This document shows, piece after piece, positions 50,777 through 61,910 of a stretch of DNA of 64,000 nucleotides (positions within the stretch are counted from its first letter, which is position 1; every line of letters begins with the position of its first letter). Location: positions 640,001 to 704,000 of the forward strand of contig CM000431.1 of NCBI GenBank assembly GCA_000165345.1, given 5' to 3'. Position numbers and translations under genes: made by a program. Below the pieces are notes generated by a model. It was not told where the DNA came from. It did not search any database and was given only the letters and a program-made list of their open reading frames with translations.

Positions 50777-52405
50777 TTAATCAAACGAATGAGTGTTACC
50801 TCTTGAATAAGTATTCCCCAATAGATATTCTTTATCAAATTCATTCTTAATAAACTTAGATTTATCAATCACTTTTCTTTCTTGCTTGAAATAATCATTC
50901 GTTGCCTTACCTTCTAAGTAGTTCTTTAAAATGCTTTCACCTCCTAAACCCCAAACTTCAATATCTGCGACGCTGAATTTATTGATTTCTGTTGTTGATT
51001 CATCGCTCTCTCCAGAATATGGAGTACCTAATAATAAACAACTATTTCTTTTACCAGAATTATTACTAGGTTGATAAAGCATTCCAATATTGTACGTAAG
51101 ATCGCTTTTCAAACAAGTTCCAGTGCCTAGTGTAGAGTCCAGCCATAATCTGGAGTACTCTGGCTCTCCCCCAAACCCTATTCCTTTCGGAGAAAAATCA
51201 TATCTTGTATTAATATACATAAAATTTCTACCTTTGCCAGACTGTCCAATTATAGAAAACATTGGTCTAAGAGATGTTAAAAAACACGTTTCATCTCCAC
51301 AATATTTTCCGTTGCCTTCTTTCCAATCTCCAGTGCAAACTGAACCAAATATACAATTGTCAGTGGTCTTAATCAATAATAAAACATTAGATGAATATCC
51401 TTCTATTAGTGATACTAGCCTATTCAAGCTTAATCCATGTTTCCAACTAGCATATAGCAAATTCCATGGTTGAAAAAGTGTTAAACATTCTCCGCTTGAC
51501 GCATCACCAAAATACTGGCATCGTAAAATGCAGCAGTGTTCAGTTGAGAGCACACGGCTATTATCGTCAATCCAGCGGCTTAACTTAAAGAGGTCTAGCG
51601 AAGAAATGCATCCACCATTTTGGGAATCATTGTGACAATCTTTTTGCCTATTGCAATTGTTATCATTATTTTTGTTGTATTCATCTTGAATTAAGTTTAT
51701 ACCTTCCATAAAAGAGTTTTGAACATTGTTCGGATGTGAAATCATGTCGAAATGAACTCGAATTGATAGTTTCATAAAAAAAGCAAAAAGAGGGAGGTAT
51801 TCCTGAATAAAATCTGAAATTAAACCAACGGATGATTGTTTTGAGCAATTAATCATCTTTTTTTTGTAATACTCTTTAACAATAAATTCAAAGTCCAAGT
51901 ATGATGTAAGAGAGATCAAATGTTGATCAATATTGTTTGGTTTCAAAGATAAAATAGAAGATTTTGAATCACATAGAAGGAAACTTATCTCAAAATAAAC
52001 AATAGAAAATATTACTCTAAGCGCATCCAATTCATCTGATATATTTGATGTTACATATTCAGAAACTTTGTTGATTATTCCTTTCTTGTTACAATACAAA
52101 ATAGAATCCACGCATTTAACAAAATCAGTTAAATTTACTTTTCCAAAATCATCTTCGCAGCAAAAAGAAAAAAAACCCAGATAAAATCTTCTAAGAATTG
52201 CAGGAAACCGATTCTCTATTAAATTTAGATCTATTCTAAAGTCTTTTTTTATACTTTCGAAATTCAAGTCATTAATTCCAAATAAATTACCTATTTTTTT
52301 CAGCTCTGCCTGATCCAGATTACACCAGGAATAGTTATTACACACACCACCACTTTTACTGTTTTCAAGTAATTTATTTTCTTCAGTACTTTTAATATTG
52401 CCCAT
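50777..52405 (-). CDS. TLDc-domain protein with an N-myristoylation signal (MEAK7/TLDC1- or Oxr1-like).
   Basis: Starts MGNIKS (Gly2, Ser6). The C-terminal TLDc pattern is NVLLLIKTTDNCIFGSVCTGDWK...GDETCFLTSL...FMYINTRYDF...GIGFGGEPEYSRLWLDSTLGTGTC...DIEVWGLG. Confidence 0.6.
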   Translation of the reverse strand: MGNIKSTEENKLLENSKSGGVCNNYSWCNLDQAELKKIGNLFGINDLNFESIKKDFRIDLNLIENRFPAILRRFYLGFFSFCCEDDFGKVNLTDFVKCVDSILYCNKKGIINKVSEYVTSNISDELDALRVIFSIVYFEISFLLCDSKSSILSLKPNNIDQHLISLTSYLDFEFIVKEYYKKKMINCSKQSSVGLISDFIQEYLPLFAFFMKLSIRVHFDMISHPNNVQNSFMEGINLIQDEYNKNNDNNCNRQKDCHNDSQNGGCISSLDLFKLSRWIDDNSRVLSTEHCCILRCQYFGDASSGECLTLFQPWNLLYASWKHGLSLNRLVSLIEGYSSNVLLLIKTTDNCIFGSVCTGDWKEGNGKYCGDETCFLTSLRPMFSIIGQSGKGRNFMYINTRYDFSPKGIGFGGEPEYSRLWLDSTLGTGTCLKSDLTYNIGMLYQPSNNSGKRNSCLLLGTPYSGESDESTTEINKFSVADIEVWGLGGESILKNYLEGKATNDYFKQERKVIDKSKFIKNEFDKEYLLGNTYSRGNTHSFD

Positions 52406-52539
52406 AATAAGCGATATTAGGTGGGTTTTGCAGTTCTAGTTAATTTTCAACCAACTAGCGCCTGTATGTTAGACATGCTCGAACGTAATCAAATAATTAT
52501 TACATAGCATGCTATATATTGAATCAAAAATAAATTTCG

Positions 52540-53775
52540 ATGAGGAATAACTTCATCGATGAAGATATATTTAAAACTGATGATATCAGCTCACTAATTG
52601 GTAGTGAAACACTACTAAATAGCTCATGCGTAGTTATCCAAAATGTTGACTATACCCCTTTGCAAGCATCCTTAATTCACAATAGCATAAAAATAAGAGA
52701 TTTTATATTAAAACAGAATAGTATTGATATTAATATTCAAAACTCCAAAGGAGAAAATGTGTTGATTACTGCAATCGTAAATAAAGCACCCTTGACTTTT
52801 ATTAAAGAATTGTTTAGAAGAAATATCGACATTTGTTTACCTAAGGACTCTAAATTTTCAAGTATTATTGATTTTGCAGACCCAAGTTGGGAAGGTTATT
52901 CAGAGTTAAAACATATGCTCCAAAGAAGAAAATCGTATAATTTCAATTATAGGAAGCAAAATTCTGAAAAACAAATCGAAAATAAATCTAACGATGTTGA
53001 AAAAAAAGAAACTGAGCAATCTGATTATTCTATTAATACTATTCAATTTGGCAGTGAACTAGCTGAAGTTGAAAAAAAAAACGGCCCTGATAACAATATA
53101 TTTGATTTAAAAAGGCCAAACACTATGAATATTGATGACAAAAATCTTAATACTATCGCGGACCAATTAGAAATTGTGGAAGGCAATAATGCATTGGAAC
53201 CTATTAATCAAATTACTAACAAAAAAAATACAAGTCGGAGTATTTCTAAATCTATATTTATTCCAAAAAGCGTAATTAAGCCGAATGCGCATAGCTCTAC
53301 AAGTGAATCAAAAAAAGATACTAAATTAAAAAATGACACACAGGAAAGTAGTTCTTTAAAACATGAGACAGAAATTTCTTTGGAACCTTTGGAGGCTGAA
53401 AAGAAAGGCGAAGAAAATAAGAGAAATATAGTCCAAATGAAAAACTCAACTACAAATGACGAAGATAATGGAATAATTAATAACAAAGACAAATTAAGAA
53501 GTGATGGAAACAAATCTTCAGAGATTATTTCAGAAAAGATGTGTAATATTAAACCATCCGGAAAAAATACAGAACCTGAATTCACTATAAAAAAAACGAA
53601 AAATCAAGATTTCAATTGCGATCAAAGAGGCGGAGATTATTGTAAGTATATCGGTGTTGACGATGAATATATGTCGCTAATTGATCAACAACTTAACGAA
53701 TCAATCGAAACTTCGAAAAAGCTTTTTTCATGTGCTTGTTGTGCGGGAATTAGACCTTGGAAATCAGAAACCTAA
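52540..53775 (+). CDS. Hypothetical Lys/Asn/Glu-rich protein with a Cys-rich C-terminus.
   Basis: ORF with an ATG; C-terminal CDQRGGDYCKY...CACCAGIRPW. Confidence 0.45.
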   Translation: MRNNFIDEDIFKTDDISSLIGSETLLNSSCVVIQNVDYTPLQASLIHNSIKIRDFILKQNSIDINIQNSKGENVLITAIVNKAPLTFIKELFRRNIDICLPKDSKFSSIIDFADPSWEGYSELKHMLQRRKSYNFNYRKQNSEKQIENKSNDVEKKETEQSDYSINTIQFGSELAEVEKKNGPDNNIFDLKRPNTMNIDDKNLNTIADQLEIVEGNNALEPINQITNKKNTSRSISKSIFIPKSVIKPNAHSSTSESKKDTKLKNDTQESSSLKHETEISLEPLEAEKKGEENKRNIVQMKNSTTNDEDNGIINNKDKLRSDGNKSSEIISEKMCNIKPSGKNTEPEFTIKKTKNQDFNCDQRGGDYCKYIGVDDEYMSLIDQQLNESIETSKKLFSCACCAGIRPWKSET

Positions 53776-53979
53776 TAAAATTGGAATGTGTTGTAGAGTT
53801 GTAGAATATAACTCAAATAGTTATTTTGAACTGATATTTGATATTAACATTATAATTTTCATGAATTAGTGATTTTTGTTTAGTTTTTTTTCTCTAATGC
53901 AAATGCGCTCGTACAAATAGTTTAATATTCTATTCGTGATATATATTTCTAAAACAAAATAAAATTCTTTAATTTGCAC

Positions 53980-55488
53980 ATGGATTATACTCAAAGAAAT
54001 TTAGAAAAGACGGTTTTAGATAATCACCATATTTGTTTAAATTTAAAGCGAAAAAATAAATTAACTTCGGAAAACAAAGACCATATTTATTATGAATTAC
54101 TTGAAAATAAATATATTAACCCATATTTAGATCAGATTGATTATAGTAAAATTTTTAAACGATTTTTTTCTCAGAAAGATGCGATCGAATATTATGATTC
54201 CATAAACTCTCATTTTGGCCAAATAGAAAACTCAGACGATTCTAGAATATTACCCATTGGAGTTTTCGCTGAAGAAACTACCATAAATGGGAGCAGAAAT
54301 TATATTGTTAGTTCTTATGAATCAATCTGGAACTATATTTCTTCACTATGTAAGTATGAAAGACATGTTTATGAAGTAATACTTGCTAACCAGCCTTGTT
54401 GGCTTTACTTCGATATTGAATATAATAAAAGCCAATATAATTTAGATGATAACCGAATATTGATTGATTTTACAAGTCATCTTAAATTGTGGATTAAATT
54501 GCTATTTGGATACTCAATTGACAAAAAAGATATCATTTACCTCTGTTCAAGTAACGCTGATAAGTTTTCATATCATATCATAATAAAAAGGATCGATATG
54601 GTTCAAAATTTTTCGACATTATTCAAAGATAATATATCGATGAAAATTTTTGTAACCCATTTTATTTCTTTTTTGAATAAAAATAATGTTTTACTTGATG
54701 AATTTGATCACTTTAATCTTCAGAATATAATTGACACAGGAGTCTACACTCGAAATCGGTGTTTTAGAATGCTTTATTCTTCAAAGTTCGGAAAGAAGAG
54801 CATCTTACAAATTGACGAGATGAATACTAGTTTTGTGCTTACAGAGATTTTGCCAATAAAACTATTTCGGTCAATGATTACATTTTTAAATACTCGCACT
54901 TTTTCAAAATCAAACTTTATTTCTAGAATAAATGTAATTAACCAGCTTTGCTTCAACTTAGAGAAGTTCTGTCTTCCAAAAATTTGTGGAATAAACGAAA
55001 TTTCATTTAATGAATACAAAAGTAATGAAAATACAAAATTCATTCCTAGGCATTTAGTAAAGCTAACAGAATACGTAATTTTATTCTGGAACAAGTTATC
55101 TGAAGAGCTTCAAAATAACCCTGAATTGATGCTTAGTAATCTTGAAGAAAGTAAATTAATAGATTACTGTTTGAAAAAAATTAATTTTGATTTTGATGAT
55201 AAAATTTCAATTAGAATTCAAATGTTTATAAGTACCACAATGTATTTTAAAGAAAAAGAATTAATCATTATTTCAGTTTCAAAACTCAATAAGTTATGTT
55301 TCAATATTGAAAGAGAGCATATTTCAAATGGAATAAAATTAATTATTGACTTCTACAATAAGCGGTTTTATCAAAAATGTTTTGATCCTGACTGTATAAA
55401 TTTTAAATCAAGATCATTTACGGTTCCAGAAAGTTTAATTAATTATTCATATGATATACTTGAACTATCTGAGATGATTAAATTTTAA
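53980..55488 (+). CDS. PrimPol (archaeo-eukaryotic primase-polymerase, CCDC111 family).
   Basis: AEP motif I CWLYFDIEYNK (human CKLYFDLEFNK); motif II ADKFSYHIIIK (DEKFSRHLIF); motif III DTGVYTRNRCFRMLYSSKFGKK (DLGVYTRNRNFRLYKSSKIGKR); UL52-type Zn finger ...YQKCFDPDCINFKS (YQKCHDPVCKAKNFKS). The track starts at TTG 53974; first ATG at 53980. Confidence 0.8.
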   Translation: MDYTQRNLEKTVLDNHHICLNLKRKNKLTSENKDHIYYELLENKYINPYLDQIDYSKIFKRFFSQKDAIEYYDSINSHFGQIENSDDSRILPIGVFAEETTINGSRNYIVSSYESIWNYISSLCKYERHVYEVILANQPCWLYFDIEYNKSQYNLDDNRILIDFTSHLKLWIKLLFGYSIDKKDIIYLCSSNADKFSYHIIIKRIDMVQNFSTLFKDNISMKIFVTHFISFLNKNNVLLDEFDHFNLQNIIDTGVYTRNRCFRMLYSSKFGKKSILQIDEMNTSFVLTEILPIKLFRSMITFLNTRTFSKSNFISRINVINQLCFNLEKFCLPKICGINEISFNEYKSNENTKFIPRHLVKLTEYVILFWNKLSEELQNNPELMLSNLEESKLIDYCLKKINFDFDDKISIRIQMFISTTMYFKEKELIIISVSKLNKLCFNIEREHISNGIKLIIDFYNKRFYQKCFDPDCINFKSRSFTVPESLINYSYDILELSEMIKF

Positions 55489-55521
55489 TTTTTGTATTTA
55501 AATATTGTAATAATCAATAAA

Positions 55522-58452
55522 ATGGAGTTTTCAACTGAAGATTCCTCTCTCATTTGTGAAAATTGCAGAGGAGACCGAGTATATATTGATACAAATACTG
55601 GTGAATATTTTTGTGAGGATTGTGGGATCCAGCAACAGGAAATTAGAGAACTAGAAAGAGATATTGACGATGTGTACTTTGAAATATCAAACGGGCCAGA
55701 TGGTAGAAGAAGCAATGTTAGGCGTGCGAGCCAGTCAACTGAAAAGCTATCAAATAAAGAAAATAATATTGAAAGCTTAAAAGATGATGATACATTATAT
55801 GACCAGACCCTGAACAATATTTCTAACAAGAAGCAAACATATTTTGATAAATGGTTCAATAAAAAACCAAAAATAGTTAAAAATTCTGACTTCTTAATTG
55901 GAGTACAGCTAATTGTTCAAAACATTATTAAAGATATGATCGAAAGACGTCAAATAAAAAACGATGTTCTAAAAACTTCAAAAAGTATTTGGTTTTCATT
56001 TTTGGAATATTTATGCAAAAACAGAATTTCAATTAGAGCATTTTTTGCAGATCTAAGATGTTCTGTACTCAAGGTACCATTTAATGAAACAGCTTCTAAT
56101 TCAAATATAAATAATATTCAGACTAAAAATCTCAAAATTCCCAATATTGAAAGAAAAGTTTATGAAAATGAAAATACTATATTATATGATTTGCTACATA
56201 ATTTATTTGGATTAGATAGGGTTGAATACTTATCAAAAATTTGCGATGGAATAATCAGATACTGTAATTCAACTAATGCACGTAAAAGAATGAGCAACAA
56301 TGCTAGAACAGATGAAAGTTCTGGTGGAAATGTGTTGGAGGAATGGGAAATCTCTGCAAGAAAACTTCAACAATTAGCAAATGTAAGAAATATTCCATAT
56401 TCAAATTGGTATGGAGAATCAAATATTCCTAGGTCAGAATTAATTAAATCTGTTATTGACATGATTTATGAGTATGACTTTCTAGAAAGTTATTTCAGTA
56501 GAATAAGCAAAAGCATATCTGATGAAAATGGACATATTAATCAGTCTAGATTTAATGAATGGATCAACTTCCATGTCATTTTTTTAATGAACAACAGAAA
56601 AATAAATCAAGATTATATTTCAATTTCAAACTATTTAGAATTACCTACAAATGAGTTTCAGAATCGTAGAGACTTAGAGTTTCAGCTCTACAAAGTACGT
56701 ATTATACATTTACTGTTATATAAAATATTGGGTAAATGCTTAATTAGAGTATTTCATAATTCATCGCTCTCTGATTATTCTCCAATATTTGAGTTTATTG
56801 GAAACATTGAATCCCAAAATCTTAGAAAAAGAAGTTTGCCTAAAGATTGTTTTAAAAATTTATCTTTGGAATGCCCAAAAATAGACTATAGTTTTATATT
56901 GTGTATTATTTGGATTTCATTGTTGAAGAGTGGTTATCAAGTTACATCTTTTGACATTATTGAATGGGTAAAAGTTGGAAAAATAGATATATTTAAATCT
57001 GAAAACGCAATTCCAAAATGGCTTAAAGATGCAGGCTTCAAATGGGATAACGATATTAATTCTATTACTCAAACTAGATCAATTACGCAAGTTTCGAAAA
57101 TTCCAAGTCCTGCAGATCTTGAAAGAGTGATCAATTTTTTTTCAATGTCAATTAATTTGGTTATTCCGCCTTTTAATGTTCCAATCATGATTCACAGAAT
57201 TTTGTCAAACTGTAATTTGTTTGGAAATAGAGGAGGAATTTCAATACAGCCTCTTTGTATCCGTCTTTGGGAATTTTTATTCAAAGAAGGCAATATTATC
57301 AAATTTTTTAGTAAACTGACAATTGTACCATCCATCATAATTGTTATTGCAAGATCAATTTGGCCAATTTTCGTATATCATCCTATACCTAATCCAAAAT
57401 ATATATTAGAAAACTTACATTTCCATAATGAATTATCAAAATCTAATGTATCTGCTACTATAGAATCGCTTAATCTTGACTTTGGGTTTGATGTAAAACT
57501 ATCATCTTGGATCTTAAAAACTAGAGAAAATCAATCTTTGTTGGAAGAAAAAATCCGTTTCTATTCAATCCTCAATGGCATTGAATGGAGTGGGATTTTT
57601 GCAATTAATTGGCTTTATAATTACCTATCAAATATGTCTGCGCCATCCATAAATGTAAATGATATATTTAGAAACTCCGATACAAAGAGTCCAGAATTTA
57701 TTATTGAAAAAAAAGGAAGGCCAACAATAAATTTAAGAGGTGATTTCTTTAACTCTATAAGAAAAAAAAGGCAAGGTATAAAAAAAAAGATTGGGAAAAG
57801 CAATTGGTCAGGAATTACGCCTTCAGAACCAAAAAATTGTGAATTCTATTCGTTTGACAAAAAAAAAATTAGTATATTTTCTAGATACTTACCTTCTAAT
57901 AGAGAAATATTCCACTCTATGTTGTTTAAATATGTGAACAAGGTGAATATATTTTTTGATCATGATATTTTACAATCATGGGATTTATTTGATGACGACG
58001 AAAAGGTTCAACTTGTTAGTAATTGGGGAAAAATCTTATTAACGAGTAAAGAAACTGAGAACTCTAGCATTCTTAAGGGTATCATTGAATACAACTTTCC
58101 TTCGGTTGTATGTTCGTTATTCCCAGTATTAATAAACAATAATTTCTTGAAGAACGAAGGTAGCTGTTTCAACAGCATTGAATCTATTATCAATCATATC
58201 TTCAATTTGAAACTTGATTTCTTAAAAAAATTATTCCAAGAACCCGGGATTTTTACTTTTATTGTTCCGCCTTTGCCTCAGTTTATTCACTCCAGACAAA
58301 TGCACACTAATTCTGAGGCATCTTTACCAACGCCTTATTCTATTTTGTTGTTGCAATTAGCTAAAATAACTGGAGAAAACTATTTAAATATTCACAATTG
58401 TGCTATTAAAATTGAAGAAATATTACGAGAAAGGCTTGTAAAAGGAAGGTAA
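55522..58452 (+). CDS. N-terminal zinc-ribbon protein, about 977 aa, possibly a TFIIB-related factor (Rrn7/TAF1B-like RNA polymerase I core factor).
   Basis: CENCRGDRVYIDTNTGEYFCEDCG (C-x2-C-x15-C-x2-C) at the N-terminus, followed by IKNDVLKTSKSIWFSFLEY reminiscent of TAF1B LKNDVLHNFWKRYLQ; the rest is unassigned. The track starts at TTG 55492; first ATG at 55522. Confidence 0.35.
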   Translation: MEFSTEDSSLICENCRGDRVYIDTNTGEYFCEDCGIQQQEIRELERDIDDVYFEISNGPDGRRSNVRRASQSTEKLSNKENNIESLKDDDTLYDQTLNNISNKKQTYFDKWFNKKPKIVKNSDFLIGVQLIVQNIIKDMIERRQIKNDVLKTSKSIWFSFLEYLCKNRISIRAFFADLRCSVLKVPFNETASNSNINNIQTKNLKIPNIERKVYENENTILYDLLHNLFGLDRVEYLSKICDGIIRYCNSTNARKRMSNNARTDESSGGNVLEEWEISARKLQQLANVRNIPYSNWYGESNIPRSELIKSVIDMIYEYDFLESYFSRISKSISDENGHINQSRFNEWINFHVIFLMNNRKINQDYISISNYLELPTNEFQNRRDLEFQLYKVRIIHLLLYKILGKCLIRVFHNSSLSDYSPIFEFIGNIESQNLRKRSLPKDCFKNLSLECPKIDYSFILCIIWISLLKSGYQVTSFDIIEWVKVGKIDIFKSENAIPKWLKDAGFKWDNDINSITQTRSITQVSKIPSPADLERVINFFSMSINLVIPPFNVPIMIHRILSNCNLFGNRGGISIQPLCIRLWEFLFKEGNIIKFFSKLTIVPSIIIVIARSIWPIFVYHPIPNPKYILENLHFHNELSKSNVSATIESLNLDFGFDVKLSSWILKTRENQSLLEEKIRFYSILNGIEWSGIFAINWLYNYLSNMSAPSINVNDIFRNSDTKSPEFIIEKKGRPTINLRGDFFNSIRKKRQGIKKKIGKSNWSGITPSEPKNCEFYSFDKKKISIFSRYLPSNREIFHSMLFKYVNKVNIFFDHDILQSWDLFDDDEKVQLVSNWGKILLTSKETENSSILKGIIEYNFPSVVCSLFPVLINNNFLKNEGSCFNSIESIINHIFNLKLDFLKKLFQEPGIFTFIVPPLPQFIHSRQMHTNSEASLPTPYSILLLQLAKITGENYLNIHNCAIKIEEILRERLVKGR

Positions 58453-58462
58453 TTTCTGGATT

Positions 58463-61400
58463 TCAATATGATTGATGCCACGCCTTTCCAAGCCCCTTAC
58501 CTCTGAAAACCTGCTTATTCATTGACTTTCCTAAAATTTGCTTAAGAACCTTACACTTACTCATAACTTTTTGTAAATCATGTTTCAGATGTATGTATGA
58601 CTCACTAATTTTATTTATTGAATTACTTCTAATATTCAATGCTCCATTTGAAGTAGCTGTGCTTTCCAAGTAATCTAATATAGTTACAATTTCAATTATT
58701 GATAATTTTACTTTGTGAGATGATGAACTTAATGTCCCTTCACAAAATGCATTTAAATCAAGAGCCCCAATTGCATTGGCATCAACCAAAAAATCTAAAT
58801 ATGAAACTGAAAAGTCAATGCTGTAAGGTGGGCCACAAAATTCTGACAACTTTATTGTAAAATCTCTAATTAAGGTTTTATCTAGATATTTAATCCCAAC
58901 TTTACTCATATAGGCAAGTACTGCTCCGTATAATCCACCCCCAATCAGGTAAACAAAAAAGTCAATGATCCAACGCCTTTTTTCAGACTTCGTTGAGGCT
59001 AAAGAGTTAATTGTACAGACGCTAATTGAAGTTTGATCTTGTAAACCGTGTTCTAAACATAGTCTGAGAAGGTGGAAAACACAGATCCTTTTCTTTGGGT
59101 GCCATTGAGTAATATGCTTAATAATTACAACCATCGAAGAAGAAAGAGTAATTAGTGGACTACTTCCATTCATTCCTGAAAAAAGAAAAATTTCGATATA
59201 CCTCAATACAGCACTGGCCCCAATCGGTGTAGTAATCAAATGATCTAGGTATGCCCACTTTAGCTCATCTTTTATTAAATTATCATGAATTATATTGTAA
59301 ATTCTAAATAACTCCTTCCTAGCTCTATTTTTAAATCGATCACATAAATCTCTTATATTTTGAAATTGCTCCTTCATTTTTTTCGCTTTATTTTTTGGTA
59401 ATAATCGTAGTGACCCTAAAATCTTCTGAGTATGAACGTTTCGGTAAATACATGAATCAATTGTACTCTTACATCCAATTGTAGAATCCGTTTGTTTTTT
59501 GGATTCTACTGGTATTGAACTTGCATTCCTAGTATTGGTAGTTGTGTTTTTTATTTTATTTGGAAGCCAATAGTGGTTTTTTTCTTTATTCATAGAACTA
59601 TTCGATTCTGAAATAGAATCAATTGAATTTGATGACTCTGAAGAAATAAAATCTGAAAGTGTGTCAACATTGTATTTTATCCTCTCATCGCACTCAAATT
59701 CATCTTCAGAATTACTCCAGATATCTTGAATTGAATTATTAACATGAGAATTAACTTCTTTTTTAACAATATTCCACTCCTTTTGTTCTTCTAAAAATAA
59801 AAGCAATTCATATGGTGAATAGACAGATAATAGCAGAAGTAAATCAATTGTTTTGCTCTGCTCTTCAGGAGTTAACCAAATGCTTTGGTTTACAAGAATA
59901 TCAATTAGTGTGTCTAATAATGCGCTTTCTCTCAACGCATCCATTGGTGGGCGTTCAGGACCTATTTTCAATCTTTGAATTTCATCTGAGCCAGGGATAT
60001 CACCCATTCTACTTACAGATGGCATGTCAAATATTGTTTCATTGTAAGAATTGATGTCGCAATTAGAATTTTTTGTATCATATTTTTGTGAGCCATAAGT
60101 ATTATTTTCGGAATCGCTGGAACAATCGCTGATTTTCCTTTGAAAGGTTTCTGATGGATCAATATATGGGTCCTGATTTTTATTCAGACAATTCGTCTGT
60201 AGAAAACTCTCTAAAGAGCAGTTTCTTGGAGAAACATTCAATTCTAAGTCTCTAAGAGAAAATTGCAAAGATCCCAAAGATGCCCATTCTTTGGTGTTGG
60301 CAGAAATTTCATTTTGGGCGGAGTTAAATCTTTCGTTTGAGTTTTTTTTAATAGATACATTTGAATATTTTTTTTCTGAATCTATTTCGTTGTCTTTGGT
60401 ATTTTTAATTCTTTTTCTTTCATAAAGGAGCATTTGCAAAGATTCAAACCTGTCAATTATTCCGCTTAGCATATCATAAAGTGAAGAAATTTGATTTGGA
60501 TTCATTGAAAATTTAATAGCTGACTCAAAACCTCCTAATCCACCGTTAGCTGATCCTTTTTCTTCCATTGTAGATATGTCCATCTTGAAAATCGTTTTAC
60601 ACAATTTGAATAATTCAGGAAAATTTGTCAAGTTTGTAAACAAAAGATTTAACTGAGCGACTCTTGGTTCTTTCAATGTGACTCTTACATAGTGATAAAG
60701 CATTTGGCTCAACCTTCGACATCCCGAATAGTCGCCCCTCCAAACAATCATGTAGTGCAGTAATGCTTGTGCATAAAAATATGCATTTTCTGATTGGCTT
60801 AATGTGGAGCAAATTTCTTGAATGATGTTAGAAGTATAATAATCGCTTGAATTATTTTTCCCATCAATAGAATACAAAGGGTTATTGATTGTTCCACTGA
60901 GTGGTAATAAATTTGTACCTTGTAGCGCTGCCTCTATTGTTTCATCAGTTAATAAAAAGTCTGCAAGCAATTCCGTTACGTTTTTAGTAAATACACTAAA
61001 GTTACTTGTTGAAGAGAAGTTCATTTTTTTTGGCAAACAGTCGATATTTGGATTTGTCTTAGAGAAGTTATGTAAGTCTTGTAAGAAAGCCAATAGAAAT
61101 TCCGACTTTCTATTCCTTGCGAACAGCTTTTGAATAGAATTTACAACCGCAGGATGTTTCATCAAACTCCAATAACAAGGAGGTGGTTGCCAGCCGCCTT
61201 GCCCAAGTAGATCTCTATTATTGTCCATATATTTCCTTAAAGTTTCTGTATTAAAATACCTTTCAATGAGCATTGCCATTGGTTCGACCATATTTTCCGA
61301 AAATAAAGTTTTGTTAGAATTACTTCTTCCGGTTTTCTGTGTTTTTACTTTTTTTTTACTGTTAATTTTAGATTGGATTGGCGTAATATAATTAATACCT

Positions 61401-61753
61401 ATATTGTCACCATTGTTAAATGAATCTGATTTATAGTCCAAAATATCTATCCATTCAGACAAAATCTGGCACATAGGTGCATAGCCTATGTAATTTTGCA
61501 CTATTAAACTAAGACATTCAGCAATTAACTTTTGTATGTTAAAGGAAGAATCTTGTTGGCTGTCTTGAAAAGGACGTACTTCAGACGATTTATTATTTTC
61601 TGAAAATGATTTAAATGAGATATATGTTTGAATGCTTTCTATTATATCATCGTCCATAATAGAGTCTAGTGCACAAATATTCTTTTTTGCATTTTCATAC
61701 TCTTCTTTTGATATACCCTCCCCAATTAGTTTGAAATTTTCTGATATACTCAT
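58463..61753 (-). CDS. Large hypothetical protein, 1096 aa.
   Basis: 3.3-kb ORF with an ATG at 61751-61753; no recognisable domain. Confidence 0.65.
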   Translation of the reverse strand: MSISENFKLIGEGISKEEYENAKKNICALDSIMDDDIIESIQTYISFKSFSENNKSSEVRPFQDSQQDSSFNIQKLIAECLSLIVQNYIGYAPMCQILSEWIDILDYKSDSFNNGDNIGINYITPIQSKINSKKKVKTQKTGRSNSNKTLFSENMVEPMAMLIERYFNTETLRKYMDNNRDLLGQGGWQPPPCYWSLMKHPAVVNSIQKLFARNRKSEFLLAFLQDLHNFSKTNPNIDCLPKKMNFSSTSNFSVFTKNVTELLADFLLTDETIEAALQGTNLLPLSGTINNPLYSIDGKNNSSDYYTSNIIQEICSTLSQSENAYFYAQALLHYMIVWRGDYSGCRRLSQMLYHYVRVTLKEPRVAQLNLLFTNLTNFPELFKLCKTIFKMDISTMEEKGSANGGLGGFESAIKFSMNPNQISSLYDMLSGIIDRFESLQMLLYERKRIKNTKDNEIDSEKKYSNVSIKKNSNERFNSAQNEISANTKEWASLGSLQFSLRDLELNVSPRNCSLESFLQTNCLNKNQDPYIDPSETFQRKISDCSSDSENNTYGSQKYDTKNSNCDINSYNETIFDMPSVSRMGDIPGSDEIQRLKIGPERPPMDALRESALLDTLIDILVNQSIWLTPEEQSKTIDLLLLLSVYSPYELLLFLEEQKEWNIVKKEVNSHVNNSIQDIWSNSEDEFECDERIKYNVDTLSDFISSESSNSIDSISESNSSMNKEKNHYWLPNKIKNTTTNTRNASSIPVESKKQTDSTIGCKSTIDSCIYRNVHTQKILGSLRLLPKNKAKKMKEQFQNIRDLCDRFKNRARKELFRIYNIIHDNLIKDELKWAYLDHLITTPIGASAVLRYIEIFLFSGMNGSSPLITLSSSMVVIIKHITQWHPKKRICVFHLLRLCLEHGLQDQTSISVCTINSLASTKSEKRRWIIDFFVYLIGGGLYGAVLAYMSKVGIKYLDKTLIRDFTIKLSEFCGPPYSIDFSVSYLDFLVDANAIGALDLNAFCEGTLSSSSHKVKLSIIEIVTILDYLESTATSNGALNIRSNSINKISESYIHLKHDLQKVMSKCKVLKQILGKSMNKQVFRGKGLGKAWHQSY

Positions 61754-61910
61754 GTATTGTTCTTAAGAATTTCATTTCTCCAATTGAATTGTCTTAATTT
61801 CCATTAAAATAAAGTTCTCCCCTCCAACAAATAACCTCCCGGCAATAATGAAAAATTGTCAATATGAAATAAAATAGTTTTTGGTTACTTAATAATCAAA
61901 TGTGGTATAA

